Source: a virus. From it: a DNA stretch of 50,354 nt. The position numbers and the translations under genes are program-made. The stretch is taken from positions 1-50,354 of IMG/VR virus record IMGVR_UViG_3300020138_000002, one strand, 5' to 3'. The notes below the pieces were generated by a model, which saw only the letters and a list, made by a program, of their open reading frames with translations, searched no databases and was not told the DNA's origin. Shown here in pieces: positions 1-8,348 of this stretch; position 1 is the stretch's first letter, and the number at the start of each line of letters is the position of its first letter.

Positions 1-127
1 GAACCACATGGACACCACCTACACCGACATCAACACCGCCTTCCTCCACTCGGACATCGAGGTCCTCCTCGAAAACACCCGCTTCGACGTCGCCACCATC
101 GTCGACGCGATCATGAACGACTACGAC
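1..127. repeat. 127-bp terminal duplication, identical to 50228..50354. The window is one 50,227-bp genome read slightly past its own start.
   Basis: Read directly: bases 1-127 (gaaccacatggacaccacc...tgaacgactacgac) recur base for base at 50228-50354, an offset of 50,227. The partial ORF from ATG 50235 is the same gene as 8..334. Confidence 0.95.
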
Positions 128-334
128 GACGCCCCCGAACTCACCGACCTCGGACACGAGATCTGGGACTACGTCGCCAAAGCCCACGACATCGAACCGA
201 TCGACGCCATCGCCACCCGCCTGGCCATGGACATCTGGGGACAATCCGCACTGTCTTTCGCCTATCTCATGCGGCAGACCCTCGCAGGACTCGACATCGA
301 CGTCAAGACCGCCCACGACAAGTACATCGCCTAA
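8..334 (+). CDS. hypothetical acidic early protein (108 aa)
   Basis: ORF with an ATG preceded by GGGAGAACCAC (seen in the duplicate copy at 50226). It sits directly downstream of the conserved promoter at 50176-50205. High third-position GC; hairpin after the stop codon. Confidence 0.7.
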   Translation: MDTTYTDINTAFLHSDIEVLLENTRFDVATIVDAIMNDYDDAPELTDLGHEIWDYVAKAHDIEPIDAIATRLAMDIWGQSALSFAYLMRQTLAGLDIDVKTAHDKYIA

Positions 335-346
335 CCGCATCACATC

Positions 347-377
347 GGGGCAGCCGCGAAACCGGCGCGGCTGCCCC
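347..377 (+). terminator. GC-rich hairpin after gene 8..334 (12-bp stem, no T tract)
   Basis: ggggcagccgcg (347-358) pairs perfectly with cgcggctgcccc (366-377), with a 7-nt loop. Confidence 0.4.
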
Positions 378-403
378 ACCAACACCGAGAAGAGGAGCAA
401 GAC

Positions 404-712
404 ATGAACCGAGGACAGCTCATCGAGACGCTGATGCAGGTCAACGGATACACCCGATCCGAAGCCGATAACGCGCTCAATGCCGTGATCGACGCGGTCA
501 CCGAAGGCCTCGCCACCGACGGGAACGTCACGATCCGAAACTTCGTCACGTTCAACACGGTCACACTTCCCGCCCGCGAGATGCACAACCCGTTCAACAA
601 CGAGCCGATGACCGTACCGGAACGGGCCACCGTCCGCGCGAAAGCGTCGAAAAACCTCGCCAAAGACGTCCGGGTGCGACGCCTGATGCGCCGCCGGGAC
701 ACCAGCCAGTAA
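404..712 (+). CDS. HU/IHF-family histone-like DNA-binding protein
   Basis: 102 aa. MNRGQLIETL...SEADNALNAVIDAVTEGL...GNVTIRNFVTFNTVTLPAREMHNPFNNEPMTVPERATVRAKASKNL follows the HU/IHF pattern: N-terminal helices, a beta-arm with R-x-x-x-N-P, then a conserved basic C-terminal stretch. RBS is GAGGAGCAAGAC-ATG. Confidence 0.85.
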   Translation: MNRGQLIETLMQVNGYTRSEADNALNAVIDAVTEGLATDGNVTIRNFVTFNTVTLPAREMHNPFNNEPMTVPERATVRAKASKNLAKDVRVRRLMRRRDTSQ

Positions 713-719
713 CAAGACG

Positions 720-747
720 GGGCGGGCCGCCGCCTGACGGCCCGCCC
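720..747 (+). terminator. hairpin after the HU-like gene
   Basis: gggcgggccg (720-729) pairs with cggcccgccc (738-747), 8-nt loop, no T tract. Confidence 0.4.
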
Positions 748-834
748 ATCCGGCTCGAACCCATGAACCGGACCCCACCATCTATCAATCCGTGAGAGAT
801 CACGTCGATCCTAGACCGAAACCGGAGAACCACC

Positions 835-1098
835 ATGAGCAACACGAATTACCACGACACCGACCGTCCGACCAGCGACACCGAATGGGCGATCCAGTAC
901 GACGAGCAGAACGGCTGGTGGGAGACCGTCGACGCGGAAACGTACATCGACGACGACGAAGACGACGACCTCGATGACGACGACGATGACGATGATGATT
1001 CGGTCGCCGTGTCTGTCATCCACGGATCCATCGCCGTCGCCGACGGGCCAGGATCGGTCGCCATCGCCGCGCAGAACATCAACATCATTCAACGCTGA
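835..1098 (+). CDS. hypothetical protein with a poly-Asp/Glu tract (87 aa)
   Basis: ATG preceded by GGAGAACCACC. The protein contains DDDEDDDLDDDDDDDDD followed by a repetitive hydrophobic tail (SVAVSVIHGSIAVADGPGSVAIAAQNINIIQ). Confidence 0.65.
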   Translation: MSNTNYHDTDRPTSDTEWAIQYDEQNGWWETVDAETYIDDDEDDDLDDDDDDDDDSVAVSVIHGSIAVADGPGSVAIAAQNINIIQR

Positions 1099-1139
1099 CA
1101 CATCCGGCCCTCAACCCAACCCGCGGAGGAGACGCCCCA

Positions 1140-1457
1140 ATGGACATGAACATCCCGGACGCCGCCCGAGAACTCGCCAACACCACCCGCGACCTACACC
1201 AACACCTCTACCCCGGCGCCGAAGACGGGACGTTCACCGACACCGTCATCGGACGTCTGGCAGCGGCCGCGTCACGGATGGCCGATAACGCCCACACCGA
1301 CGACCTGACCGGCATGACCGAACCGGTCGAATACCTGGTCATCAAGCTCACCGACCACGATGGTGCGTCCGAAGGCGCTACCGCCCGAGCGTACGAACGC
1401 GCTCGTGACGCGGCGCAGGACCTGCACCGGGCGCTCACGTCGACGGTGATCGAGTAG
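1140..1457 (+). CDS. hypothetical protein (105 aa)
   Basis: ORF with RBS GGAGGAGACGCCCCA-ATG and codon usage typical of the genome. Hairpin at 1464-1488 after the stop codon. Confidence 0.6.
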   Translation: MDMNIPDAARELANTTRDLHQHLYPGAEDGTFTDTVIGRLAAAASRMADNAHTDDLTGMTEPVEYLVIKLTDHDGASEGATARAYERARDAAQDLHRALTSTVIE

Positions 1458-1528
1458 TCCAGTCGGGCACGGCCTCATCCCGTGCCCGGCCGGATCACCC
1501 GATCACGACTCGACGACAGGAGACACCC

Positions 1529-2050
1529 ATGAAAACTATCCCCGACACCGCTATGACGGTGATGCGTGCCGTCGCCGCCGGATCGATCGCTGGACCTAAC
1601 GTGACCCAAGCCCAGCTCGACAAGCTCGACGAACTGACGCACGACGACCTCATCGGCGCGCTCGACCGTCTCATCGGCGACGCCATCAACATCGACATTC
1701 CGACCACCCGATTCAGCTCGGCCGAGCGCGCCGTCCTGATGAGTTTTGGCGGGTTCCGTCGCCGGCACGACGAACTCATCGTCTCGCTCGTCGGCATCGG
1801 TATCCCCGACCACGAGGTCACCGAGGCTATCGAGATCCTGCGGCGACGCACCATGATCATGGGTCAGGGTCACCTACAGATCACGACGACCGGAGAGGAC
1901 TGGCGCGAGGCCGACTCGAGGGCCGGCGTCGTCGGAACGGACCCGGAGCCCGTCCAAGCCGCCACGGCATGGCATCGGGTACTGATCCACGTCGCTGACG
2001 CCAATGAGACGAGCGTCGAGCAGATCATCGTAGACGCGATGGAGAGATGA
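1529..2050 (+). CDS. hypothetical protein (173 aa)
   Basis: ORF with CAGGAGACACCC-ATG; same strand and close spacing as its neighbours. Confidence 0.6.
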   Translation: MKTIPDTAMTVMRAVAAGSIAGPNVTQAQLDKLDELTHDDLIGALDRLIGDAINIDIPTTRFSSAERAVLMSFGGFRRRHDELIVSLVGIGIPDHEVTEAIEILRRRTMIMGQGHLQITTTGEDWREADSRAGVVGTDPEPVQAATAWHRVLIHVADANETSVEQIIVDAMER

Positions 2051-2103
2051 GGAGATCACGCGTACCAGCTCGACATCGAACACGAGAGAGGACACCACCA
2101 GCC

Positions 2104-2679
2104 ATGAAATGCGTCAACTGCGGAAAAGTCACTTACGACAACGACCTGAACGCGTGCTACCACTGCTACGAGACCATCTACTACGACATTCGACCCGGGC
2201 ACCCCGGATACATCGCTGGCCACGACGTCGAGGTGTTGGAGACGGCATCAGGCACCCTCCGGGTTCTCGACGGGAAACTGTGGCTCGTCACCGCGTACGG
2301 GATCGCGGGAATCTCCGCTGCGCGAAGCCTCCCGTCCGGTCAGATCGGCATCCGGGAGTTCCGGGGACGTGCCGCCGAACGAGGCGACGACTCCGTCACC
2401 TACCAGGACATGCAGTCGCTGATTCAACCGGCGCCAACAGATGACCTGGTTGCTCGTCTCATTCGTGCGGTCCGGCAGTGCGATGAGGAGATCGACCCGA
2501 CCACCCTCAACGCGGTCACGGGAGAACGGCTGTTGCCGCTGTTGACGTTCATGGGCCCGGATCGATTCATGTTGGGTCGGTCCGCCATCAAATGGGATGG
2601 GCGGACTCAGAATGGTCTCTACCTGCAAGGCGTTCATGGGCGGATCGCGTGGTGCATCGAGTCGTCCCCGTTCTGCTGA
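2104..2679 (+). CDS. hypothetical protein with an N-terminal zinc-ribbon-like CxxC...CxxC (191 aa)
   Basis: The track ORF 2047..2679 is trimmed to ATG 2104 (MKCVNCGKVTYDNDLNACYHCYE), which avoids overlap with 1529..2050 and follows a GAGAGAGGA purine run. Followed by the strong terminator at 2695. Confidence 0.55.
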   Translation: MKCVNCGKVTYDNDLNACYHCYETIYYDIRPGHPGYIAGHDVEVLETASGTLRVLDGKLWLVTAYGIAGISAARSLPSGQIGIREFRGRAAERGDDSVTYQDMQSLIQPAPTDDLVARLIRAVRQCDEEIDPTTLNAVTGERLLPLLTFMGPDRFMLGRSAIKWDGRTQNGLYLQGVHGRIAWCIESSPFC

Positions 2680-2694
2680 CCAGACACGCACGAA

Positions 2695-2734
2695 TAGTGC
2701 CCCCTACCTGGATCCCGGTAGGGGGCACTATTTT
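2695..2734. terminator. bidirectional rho-independent terminator between convergent genes
   Basis: A perfect 14-bp stem: tagtgccccctacc (2695-2708) with ggtagggggcacta (2717-2730), followed by tttt (2731-2734). It lies between the plus-strand stop codon at 2679 and the minus-strand stop codon at 2815. Confidence 0.8.
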
Positions 2735-2814
2735 GCCGGGTGACGACGCGATCTGAGACGGCGTCGATCTGATGCAATACGGTACCCCGACGGCGTCACT
2801 ATACCGTCTGACCG

Positions 2815-3663
2815 TCACTCGAAATCTTCGTCGTCGTACAGCAATTCCCCGTCATCGATCGTCGGGATCGGGGCGTTGATCCACCGGGCGTACACGACTC
2901 GACGTTCCGGCATGGACATCTCGTTCCACAGATCGCGAAGCCGAACGACCGCCCGTTCCTGGAAGGACCGGTCGTTGAAGGGGCCGTCAGAGTCGCTATA
3001 AAAGGCCTTGACGATGTGATCGGACACCCGGGAATCGTCCAAATCCAGGTCCAGGTTTGCGTTGTTCATCTGCGAGTTCATCGTTGTGTGGTAGCCGTCT
3101 TGCCAGTTGACCCATGACGCTGTGGCCATGACCAGAGCAAGGCACTCGCCGATTCGACGGGAGTGGATATCCGTCATGTCCTCGCGGATCCACTCGGCGA
3201 GGTTTTGGCGTCCTCTGGTGTCGAGGTAGTGCTCGCTCAACACTCCGATAATGTCTTCGCCGAACGCTTTCCTGGCATCGACAATGCGATGGGTGATGAG
3301 GTTACCGGTCACGTGGGCGATGACGTCCCCATCGCGATAGACCCGAGATTCTGTCGCATCGACGTGTGGTGACCGGTAGATACGTGCTTCTGTCACATTG
3401 GATCGGATGTACGTCGATTCCGTCGGACCCCAGGTCACCTTGTCGGCTGCGATGAAACAGGGGTGATCGTTGATTCTCACCCCATACGTGGTTTTGAGGG
3501 GTTCGCGTCCCGGCCAGATCCTCGTCTCGATGTATTCTTTGATGGACCACCTGTCGTATTCCTGTCGTGCGGTGATCGGGTCGATGCCCCACTGTTCGGG
3601 TTTCTGTAGCTCGTGGATCGGATCGTTGCATTCCGGGCAGGTGATGGTGTTGTTGCTGGTCAT
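2815..3663 (-). CDS. hypothetical protein, N-terminal CPEC zinc-ribbon-like motif and acidic C-terminus (282 aa). Stand-alone moron-like unit.
   Basis: Long ORF, visibly less GC-rich than the flanks, bracketed by hairpins at 3789-3827 and 2695-2734. No motif I can assign. Confidence 0.6.
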   Translation of the reverse strand: MTSNNTITCPECNDPIHELQKPEQWGIDPITARQEYDRWSIKEYIETRIWPGREPLKTTYGVRINDHPCFIAADKVTWGPTESTYIRSNVTEARIYRSPHVDATESRVYRDGDVIAHVTGNLITHRIVDARKAFGEDIIGVLSEHYLDTRGRQNLAEWIREDMTDIHSRRIGECLALVMATASWVNWQDGYHTTMNSQMNNANLDLDLDDSRVSDHIVKAFYSDSDGPFNDRSFQERAVVRLRDLWNEMSMPERRVVYARWINAPIPTIDDGELLYDDEDFE

Positions 3664-3788
3664 ACCGTTCGTTTCGTGTGTTGGGTTTCCTGTCGGGCGG
3701 GTCGCGGCCGACTTCGGTAGAGTGTTTCCTCAGTTACGGTGCGTGTGTGGGTGTTACCCTGGCCTCACCGCAACACATCGCCGTTAAC

Positions 3789-3827
3789 GAAAGATCCCTA
3801 CGCCACCAGGTGACGTAGGGATCTTTC
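3789..3827 (-). terminator. hairpin terminating the late (tail) operon
   Basis: A perfect 14-bp stem: gaaagatccctacg (3789-3802) with cgtagggatctttc (3814-3827). It lies 70 nt downstream of the stop codon of 3898..5706. Confidence 0.6.
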
Positions 3828-3897
3828 TATTCTGTTCTTAGCAATGAGCAGAACTGGATACCGAGGACGCCATGAGACTAGGCGTTCGACTAGTGCA

Positions 3898-5706
3898 TCA
3901 TATCATGACGTCGCTCGTGAGAACGTCCCGGATGCGGCGGGCTTCCACAACGGGCGGCTCCGGAACACTCGTGCCCTCCATCGACGCGTTCGCGTCCACG
4001 AACTGACGGACGCCCGCAACGAAGTCACCGGCCGGATTACCAGGAACTTTGTTCGCCAGCCATGACACGTACGGGCCACGGAACTGCGTATCGGTCGTGG
4101 TGACCGAGTAGGGGGTGGCGGTGTCGGTGCGGGTGAGCGTGAGCGCGGTCGGGCTGATCTCGATCCGGAATGTCATCCAGTCGTTCGGAGGCACGGCCTG
4201 GCTCGTGGTCGAGGTCGCGAGGACTTCGTACGGCGCTCCGGGGACGAGCTTGCCGATCTCCAGCTGACCAGTCGACTCGGTTCCGACGCGTACGAAGCAC
4301 GCGTACCCGGAGCCGTTACCGGATTCCGGTGCGGTGTCCTGGTCGTCCGGTTGGCAGATCGTCACGCCGATTTTCGGTGACTCGCCGGTCGGAAGAGGGC
4401 CACCGGGGGCGTCGACCTGCGCCTCGAACGTGTAGCTGCCCGTCTCCGGGTCGGGGAGCGGACAGGCACCACCGATGAGGATGCTGTTACGCGGCCGGTC
4501 CTCCGTCACCCACGTGAACAGGCCGTACTCGGTCGATTTGGTGAATCCGCGGGCGTCGACGACCCCCTGAAGGTCGGTCATCGTCGTCAGGTGACCGATC
4601 TCGGTCTGCCTCCGGACATACGAGATGGTCGGCCGCCGGTAGTACTGGTAGATCTCGCCGAGCGCTCCCCGCGCGTAGACGGGGTCATTCGACGCGATGC
4701 CGCGAGCGCCGAGCGCCTGGGCTCGTAGGGTCGACCAGTGTCGTGCCCCCGTCAGGAGGATGACGTTCAGGCCGGCGGCGATGAACGGCGCGATCTGCGC
4801 TTCCGACCATGACGCCGACAGCCGTACCCATTCCACACCGGTCGCGGCGACCTGATCGGCGGTCACGTCCGTCTCGCCCGCATCAACGTAGATCGCGGGC
4901 GTGACCTGCGCGTTCTCGATCGTCTCAACGTAGGCGGCCATGTCGTAGTTGACGCCGAGGATCGTCGAGTCGTGTGTGCACGCGGTCGACACGGCACGCA
5001 GAGCGGCCGTAACGTTCCGTTGCGCTTGTGCCCCGTCCGATGTGTTGTCGATCTGAGCGAACGTGACGATCCGCTGTTGGAGGCGACGGAGCACGCCCGC
5101 GAGCGTCAGGGGCTGGTATTGCGGAGCGTACCAGCCGTACCAGCCGCCGTCGGGGTCGATATGCTGAGACGGCGCGTACGCGTTCCGTCCTGTTGGGGAC
5201 TCCGTCGTCCCCGCGTCCACGTGCAGAGAGATCCAGTCCGAGGACATGACGCCGCCGCCAGCGGCCGTCGTCGGTGACGTCGTGTACAGGTCAAGTGGGA
5301 CCTCCGGCCCGTACACCTGCCACACCGCGACCTCGTCCGCTGTCGACCAGGTCGTGCCCATCACCATGTCCAGGGCATGATCCAGGGCGTAGTCGAGCGC
5401 CTGCGGCGAACCCTGAGGGTGGAGCAAATACGCCCCACCCGCAGCACCCGCATGGACGAAGTCCCCGAGCCCGCCGACGGTGGCGACGCACGCGCCGGGG
5501 ATCGGCTCCGACCCGTCACAGCAGTTGTTCCGTAGCCGTCCGAGCGCGTCGAACTCGAGACCTCCGCCCGGGGCCAACGCCACCCGAATGCACCGCAACG
5601 CCTCATCGACCTCGAGGCCGCCGGTGTCGCAGATCAGCTGCGCCAGGATCGCCTCGAGCAGCTCGTCAACTGACGGTGTCCCGCATGAGTTGCATCGTCC
5701 GGCCAT
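3898..5706 (-). CDS. minor tail protein / tail fibre (receptor-binding candidate), 602 aa
   Basis: Start moved to ATG 5706, which has the strong RBS CAGGAGGACGAGTA-ATG. The N-terminus MAGRCNSCGTPSVDELLEAILAQLICDTGGLEVDEALRCIRVALAPGGGLEFDALGRL resembles the conserved N-terminal module I recall in actinophage minor tail proteins. It is the last gene of the tail block. Confidence 0.6.
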   Translation of the reverse strand: MAGRCNSCGTPSVDELLEAILAQLICDTGGLEVDEALRCIRVALAPGGGLEFDALGRLRNNCCDGSEPIPGACVATVGGLGDFVHAGAAGGAYLLHPQGSPQALDYALDHALDMVMGTTWSTADEVAVWQVYGPEVPLDLYTTSPTTAAGGGVMSSDWISLHVDAGTTESPTGRNAYAPSQHIDPDGGWYGWYAPQYQPLTLAGVLRRLQQRIVTFAQIDNTSDGAQAQRNVTAALRAVSTACTHDSTILGVNYDMAAYVETIENAQVTPAIYVDAGETDVTADQVAATGVEWVRLSASWSEAQIAPFIAAGLNVILLTGARHWSTLRAQALGARGIASNDPVYARGALGEIYQYYRRPTISYVRRQTEIGHLTTMTDLQGVVDARGFTKSTEYGLFTWVTEDRPRNSILIGGACPLPDPETGSYTFEAQVDAPGGPLPTGESPKIGVTICQPDDQDTAPESGNGSGYACFVRVGTESTGQLEIGKLVPGAPYEVLATSTTSQAVPPNDWMTFRIEISPTALTLTRTDTATPYSVTTTDTQFRGPYVSWLANKVPGNPAGDFVAGVRQFVDANASMEGTSVPEPPVVEARRIRDVLTSDVMI

Positions 5707-5906
5707 TACTCGTCCTCCTGTACCCATGTACCGACGGCTAGCCGCCGTCGTGTCCCGGCGTCGTCGACGTGTTCCACCCTCACGGCCGCGGCCGTTGTGG
5801 CGGTGGGGAATTGTCGGCGTCGTGCTCTTCGTGTGCGGCGCCGCTCGATCATCAGGACCTGGCGTGAACCGCGGCGTTCCTGTGTTCTGTCGCCGCTACC
5901 AGCCAT
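5706..5906 (-). CDS. possible small basic protein (66 aa) filling the gap between the minor tail gene 5919..7064 and the fibre gene
   Basis: ATG 5906 has RBS CAGGAGACCCGT. Its TAA overlaps the fibre ATG (TAATG). However, the Arg-rich composition and mixed third-position GC are also typical of spurious frames. Confidence 0.3.
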   Translation of the reverse strand: MAGSGDRTQERRGSRQVLMIERRRTRRARRRQFPTATTAAAVRVEHVDDAGTRRRLAVGTWVQEDE

Positions 5907-5918
5907 ACGGGTCTCCTG

Positions 5919-7064
5919 TCATGGGATGGTCACCGGTTCACCGATCGGGGCGAACGTCGCCCGCACCGTCTCCCGACCGGGTGCCCCCGGGACGTGCTCG
6001 AATTCGACCTCGGTGAGCATCGTCGCCTGCCGGACCGGGACGGGGATGTTGTGGATCTCGATGTCGACGCGGGCCGAACCTGGCCGGAGGTCTCTCATCC
6101 CGATCGGCGCCGTCGGCAAAAGCCGCGCGGACGACGGAAGGTCGACACGCCACATCGGCCGAATACGGCCCTGGATCGCGCGGCGAGCCGCCGTCGCCCG
6201 CGACCGTGCCGACGTGCCCCGGGGGACGTCGACGCGCATCGCGGGCCACCCCCACGCTGAACCGAACTCTCCTGCGGTGGTGACGACGGGGGACCCGTCG
6301 GCGTCTTCGCCGACCGCGACGCCCATGATGCCCATGTCGAGCGCGGATTGCGTGATCTGCACGTCGCCCTCGAAATGCGCGGTGGTGAGTGTCGCGATCG
6401 GTGACCTGGCTATGGTCGCCGGTGACGACAGGATGATCCGGCGGCCGACGGCGGCGTACAGCAACCCGAAGTTATCGGCGAGGTCGTCGAGCGTGTCGCC
6501 GACGTAGTCCGCTGTCACTCCGGGCGCGTAGTCGATCGTCTCCCCGACCGGGTTGGTGTACAGGTAGTCGCGGATCAGGTAGATGTCCTCGGGAACCGAT
6601 AGGCCCATCATCTGCGTGATCACGTCGTACGCGATATCGACCGGGTCGGTGTCCTCATAGGTCATGTCGACCAGGTTGACGAGTCTCCCGGCGTCCTCGT
6701 GGAACACGGACGCCATGTCGCCTCCGCTGATGACGGCGCCGGACCGTCCCGTCGACTGGGTGATGTCGTAAATCGGCCCCGAGTAGGCGATGTCACGTCC
6801 CCGGAGGATTCTGACCTCCCACCATCCCGGCTGGATACGTCGCAGGACGTCCTGACAGAACGCGCCCCCGCCGAGCTGGACTTCGAACGGAGCCCACGAG
6901 TTATAGGTCCGCCCCCACGTGATCTTCTCGACGCCCTTGAGCCGGAAGTACCCGTCGAGTCGGGGCGGCTCGATCGGTGTCCCGGGTGCGGAGTACCGGT
7001 CGAGACGGCGAACCTCAACGATCGTGTCGTCACCGGCCGCCGGGCACCCCAGATAGTCCGCCAT
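5919..7064 (-). CDS. minor tail protein (baseplate hub / Tal-like position), 381 aa
   Basis: Start trimmed to ATG 7064 (MADYLGCPAAG), 1 nt after the stop codon of the upstream gene. It is the second gene after the tape measure. Confidence 0.55.
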   Translation of the reverse strand: MADYLGCPAAGDDTIVEVRRLDRYSAPGTPIEPPRLDGYFRLKGVEKITWGRTYNSWAPFEVQLGGGAFCQDVLRRIQPGWWEVRILRGRDIAYSGPIYDITQSTGRSGAVISGGDMASVFHEDAGRLVNLVDMTYEDTDPVDIAYDVITQMMGLSVPEDIYLIRDYLYTNPVGETIDYAPGVTADYVGDTLDDLADNFGLLYAAVGRRIILSSPATIARSPIATLTTAHFEGDVQITQSALDMGIMGVAVGEDADGSPVVTTAGEFGSAWGWPAMRVDVPRGTSARSRATAARRAIQGRIRPMWRVDLPSSARLLPTAPIGMRDLRPGSARVDIEIHNIPVPVRQATMLTEVEFEHVPGAPGRETVRATFAPIGEPVTIP

Positions 7065-7065
7065 G

Positions 7066-8325
7066 TCAGCCGCCGTTCGTCCGGGTCCAGAACTCGACGA
7101 TGACTTCGGCGCCTGCCGCAACGCCGACCGCCGTGTAGATCTCTATGCACAGTCCGGGGCCGCACTGGATTGCTTCGACGTACCCGGCGCCCGCGCCGTC
7201 GATGGGCGGACCGTACACGCTGGCCGGGGTATCAACGTTCCGGCCACGCGAGTTGACGCAGGTCATCGTGTTGAGTCCGGTTCTGCCGTCCATGATCAGT
7301 GACCCGTTGGCGGGGATCTCGGCGACGGTGAGGTCCGTGCAGGCGCGGCACGGGTTCAGGTCCGGGAGACGACCACACGGAATCCCCAGTGGATTAGCGT
7401 AGAAGCGGACCACGAGGTTACGGACCGCCAGATTCCCCGCTCGGACACGCACCACCGGGACCACGTCGAGCTGACGAGCAAGCACACCCGGCGGGATCGA
7501 GATCAGTGTCCGGTGAGCGGCGAACGGCTCGGCCGGGTAGCACTCCGGCAACGGCTCGGCCGGAAGCGGCGCGAACCCCTCCGGGACGGGGCACGCAAAC
7601 TGACCAGCGCATTCGTCGTCATCAGGGCACGCTTCATACACGGCCGGAAGGTCCAGCGTGACCTGTTGTCCGTCTGAAGGCCGCACCGAGATCACACGAT
7701 CAGGCGGCGGCGGACGCCACACGTACACGTTCGGCGTCGATAGGGTGACCTCGAACTCGACCCATAGCGGATCCTCCCAATCGCGGTCCATCATCGTCGG
7801 CCCCGACACGACCTCGACCTCGTACAAGTACCGAAGCGGGTCCGGTCCGACGAGCTCCCCGTCATCGTCGACGTCCGGGCAGCACGCGAGCACGCACATC
7901 TCGTGCCCCACACATCCCGTCGCGCACGGAGACGACTCGAACGCGTTCGCCAACCATCCTTGCGCGTACTCCAGACCGCATTCATCCGCGAGAATCGCCG
8001 CGAACCGGATCGTGAACTGTCGGCGTGCCGGCGCCGACGATGTCGCTGTTGTCGCCGACCGGACCGCCTCGGTCATACCGGTGATCTCCAGCCCGGCGAA
8101 CCCGAGCACCATCGCCGACTCCGGTACCGCCGGGTCATACCAGGGCGCGTCAACAGTGATCCCCTCGTAGGGTTCGCCGCTGTTCAGCCACTCTCCGGCG
8201 TCCTCTTCACAGTCCCAACATGTCCCTATCGCAGCACCGCACTCGTCGATTTGCGCACCGTACGCGGATGCGCGGGCTGTCGAGATGACCTCTAGGCCGC
8301 CGATCACCACATAGTCGGGCAGCAT
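7066..8325 (-). CDS. minor tail protein (distal tail protein position), Cys-rich, 419 aa
   Basis: First ORF downstream of the tape measure. Its N-terminus MLPDYVVIGGLEVISTARASAY resembles actinophage Dit-position proteins, from memory. Confidence 0.55.
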   Translation of the reverse strand: MLPDYVVIGGLEVISTARASAYGAQIDECGAAIGTCWDCEEDAGEWLNSGEPYEGITVDAPWYDPAVPESAMVLGFAGLEITGMTEAVRSATTATSSAPARRQFTIRFAAILADECGLEYAQGWLANAFESSPCATGCVGHEMCVLACCPDVDDDGELVGPDPLRYLYEVEVVSGPTMMDRDWEDPLWVEFEVTLSTPNVYVWRPPPPDRVISVRPSDGQQVTLDLPAVYEACPDDDECAGQFACPVPEGFAPLPAEPLPECYPAEPFAAHRTLISIPPGVLARQLDVVPVVRVRAGNLAVRNLVVRFYANPLGIPCGRLPDLNPCRACTDLTVAEIPANGSLIMDGRTGLNTMTCVNSRGRNVDTPASVYGPPIDGAGAGYVEAIQCGPGLCIEIYTAVGVAAGAEVIVEFWTRTNGG

Positions 8326-8348
8326 CTCGTCTCACCTCCCCTCACCTG

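Noticed and set aside
3664-3897. tRNA or small RNA in the larger intergenic gaps (also 712-834, 31541-31763, 35418-35580, 50029-50175)
   Set aside because: I could not fold any of these into a cloverleaf with conserved T-loop or D-loop features by eye. They contain simple terminator hairpins and promoter elements instead. A tRNAscan-type search would be needed to be definitive.
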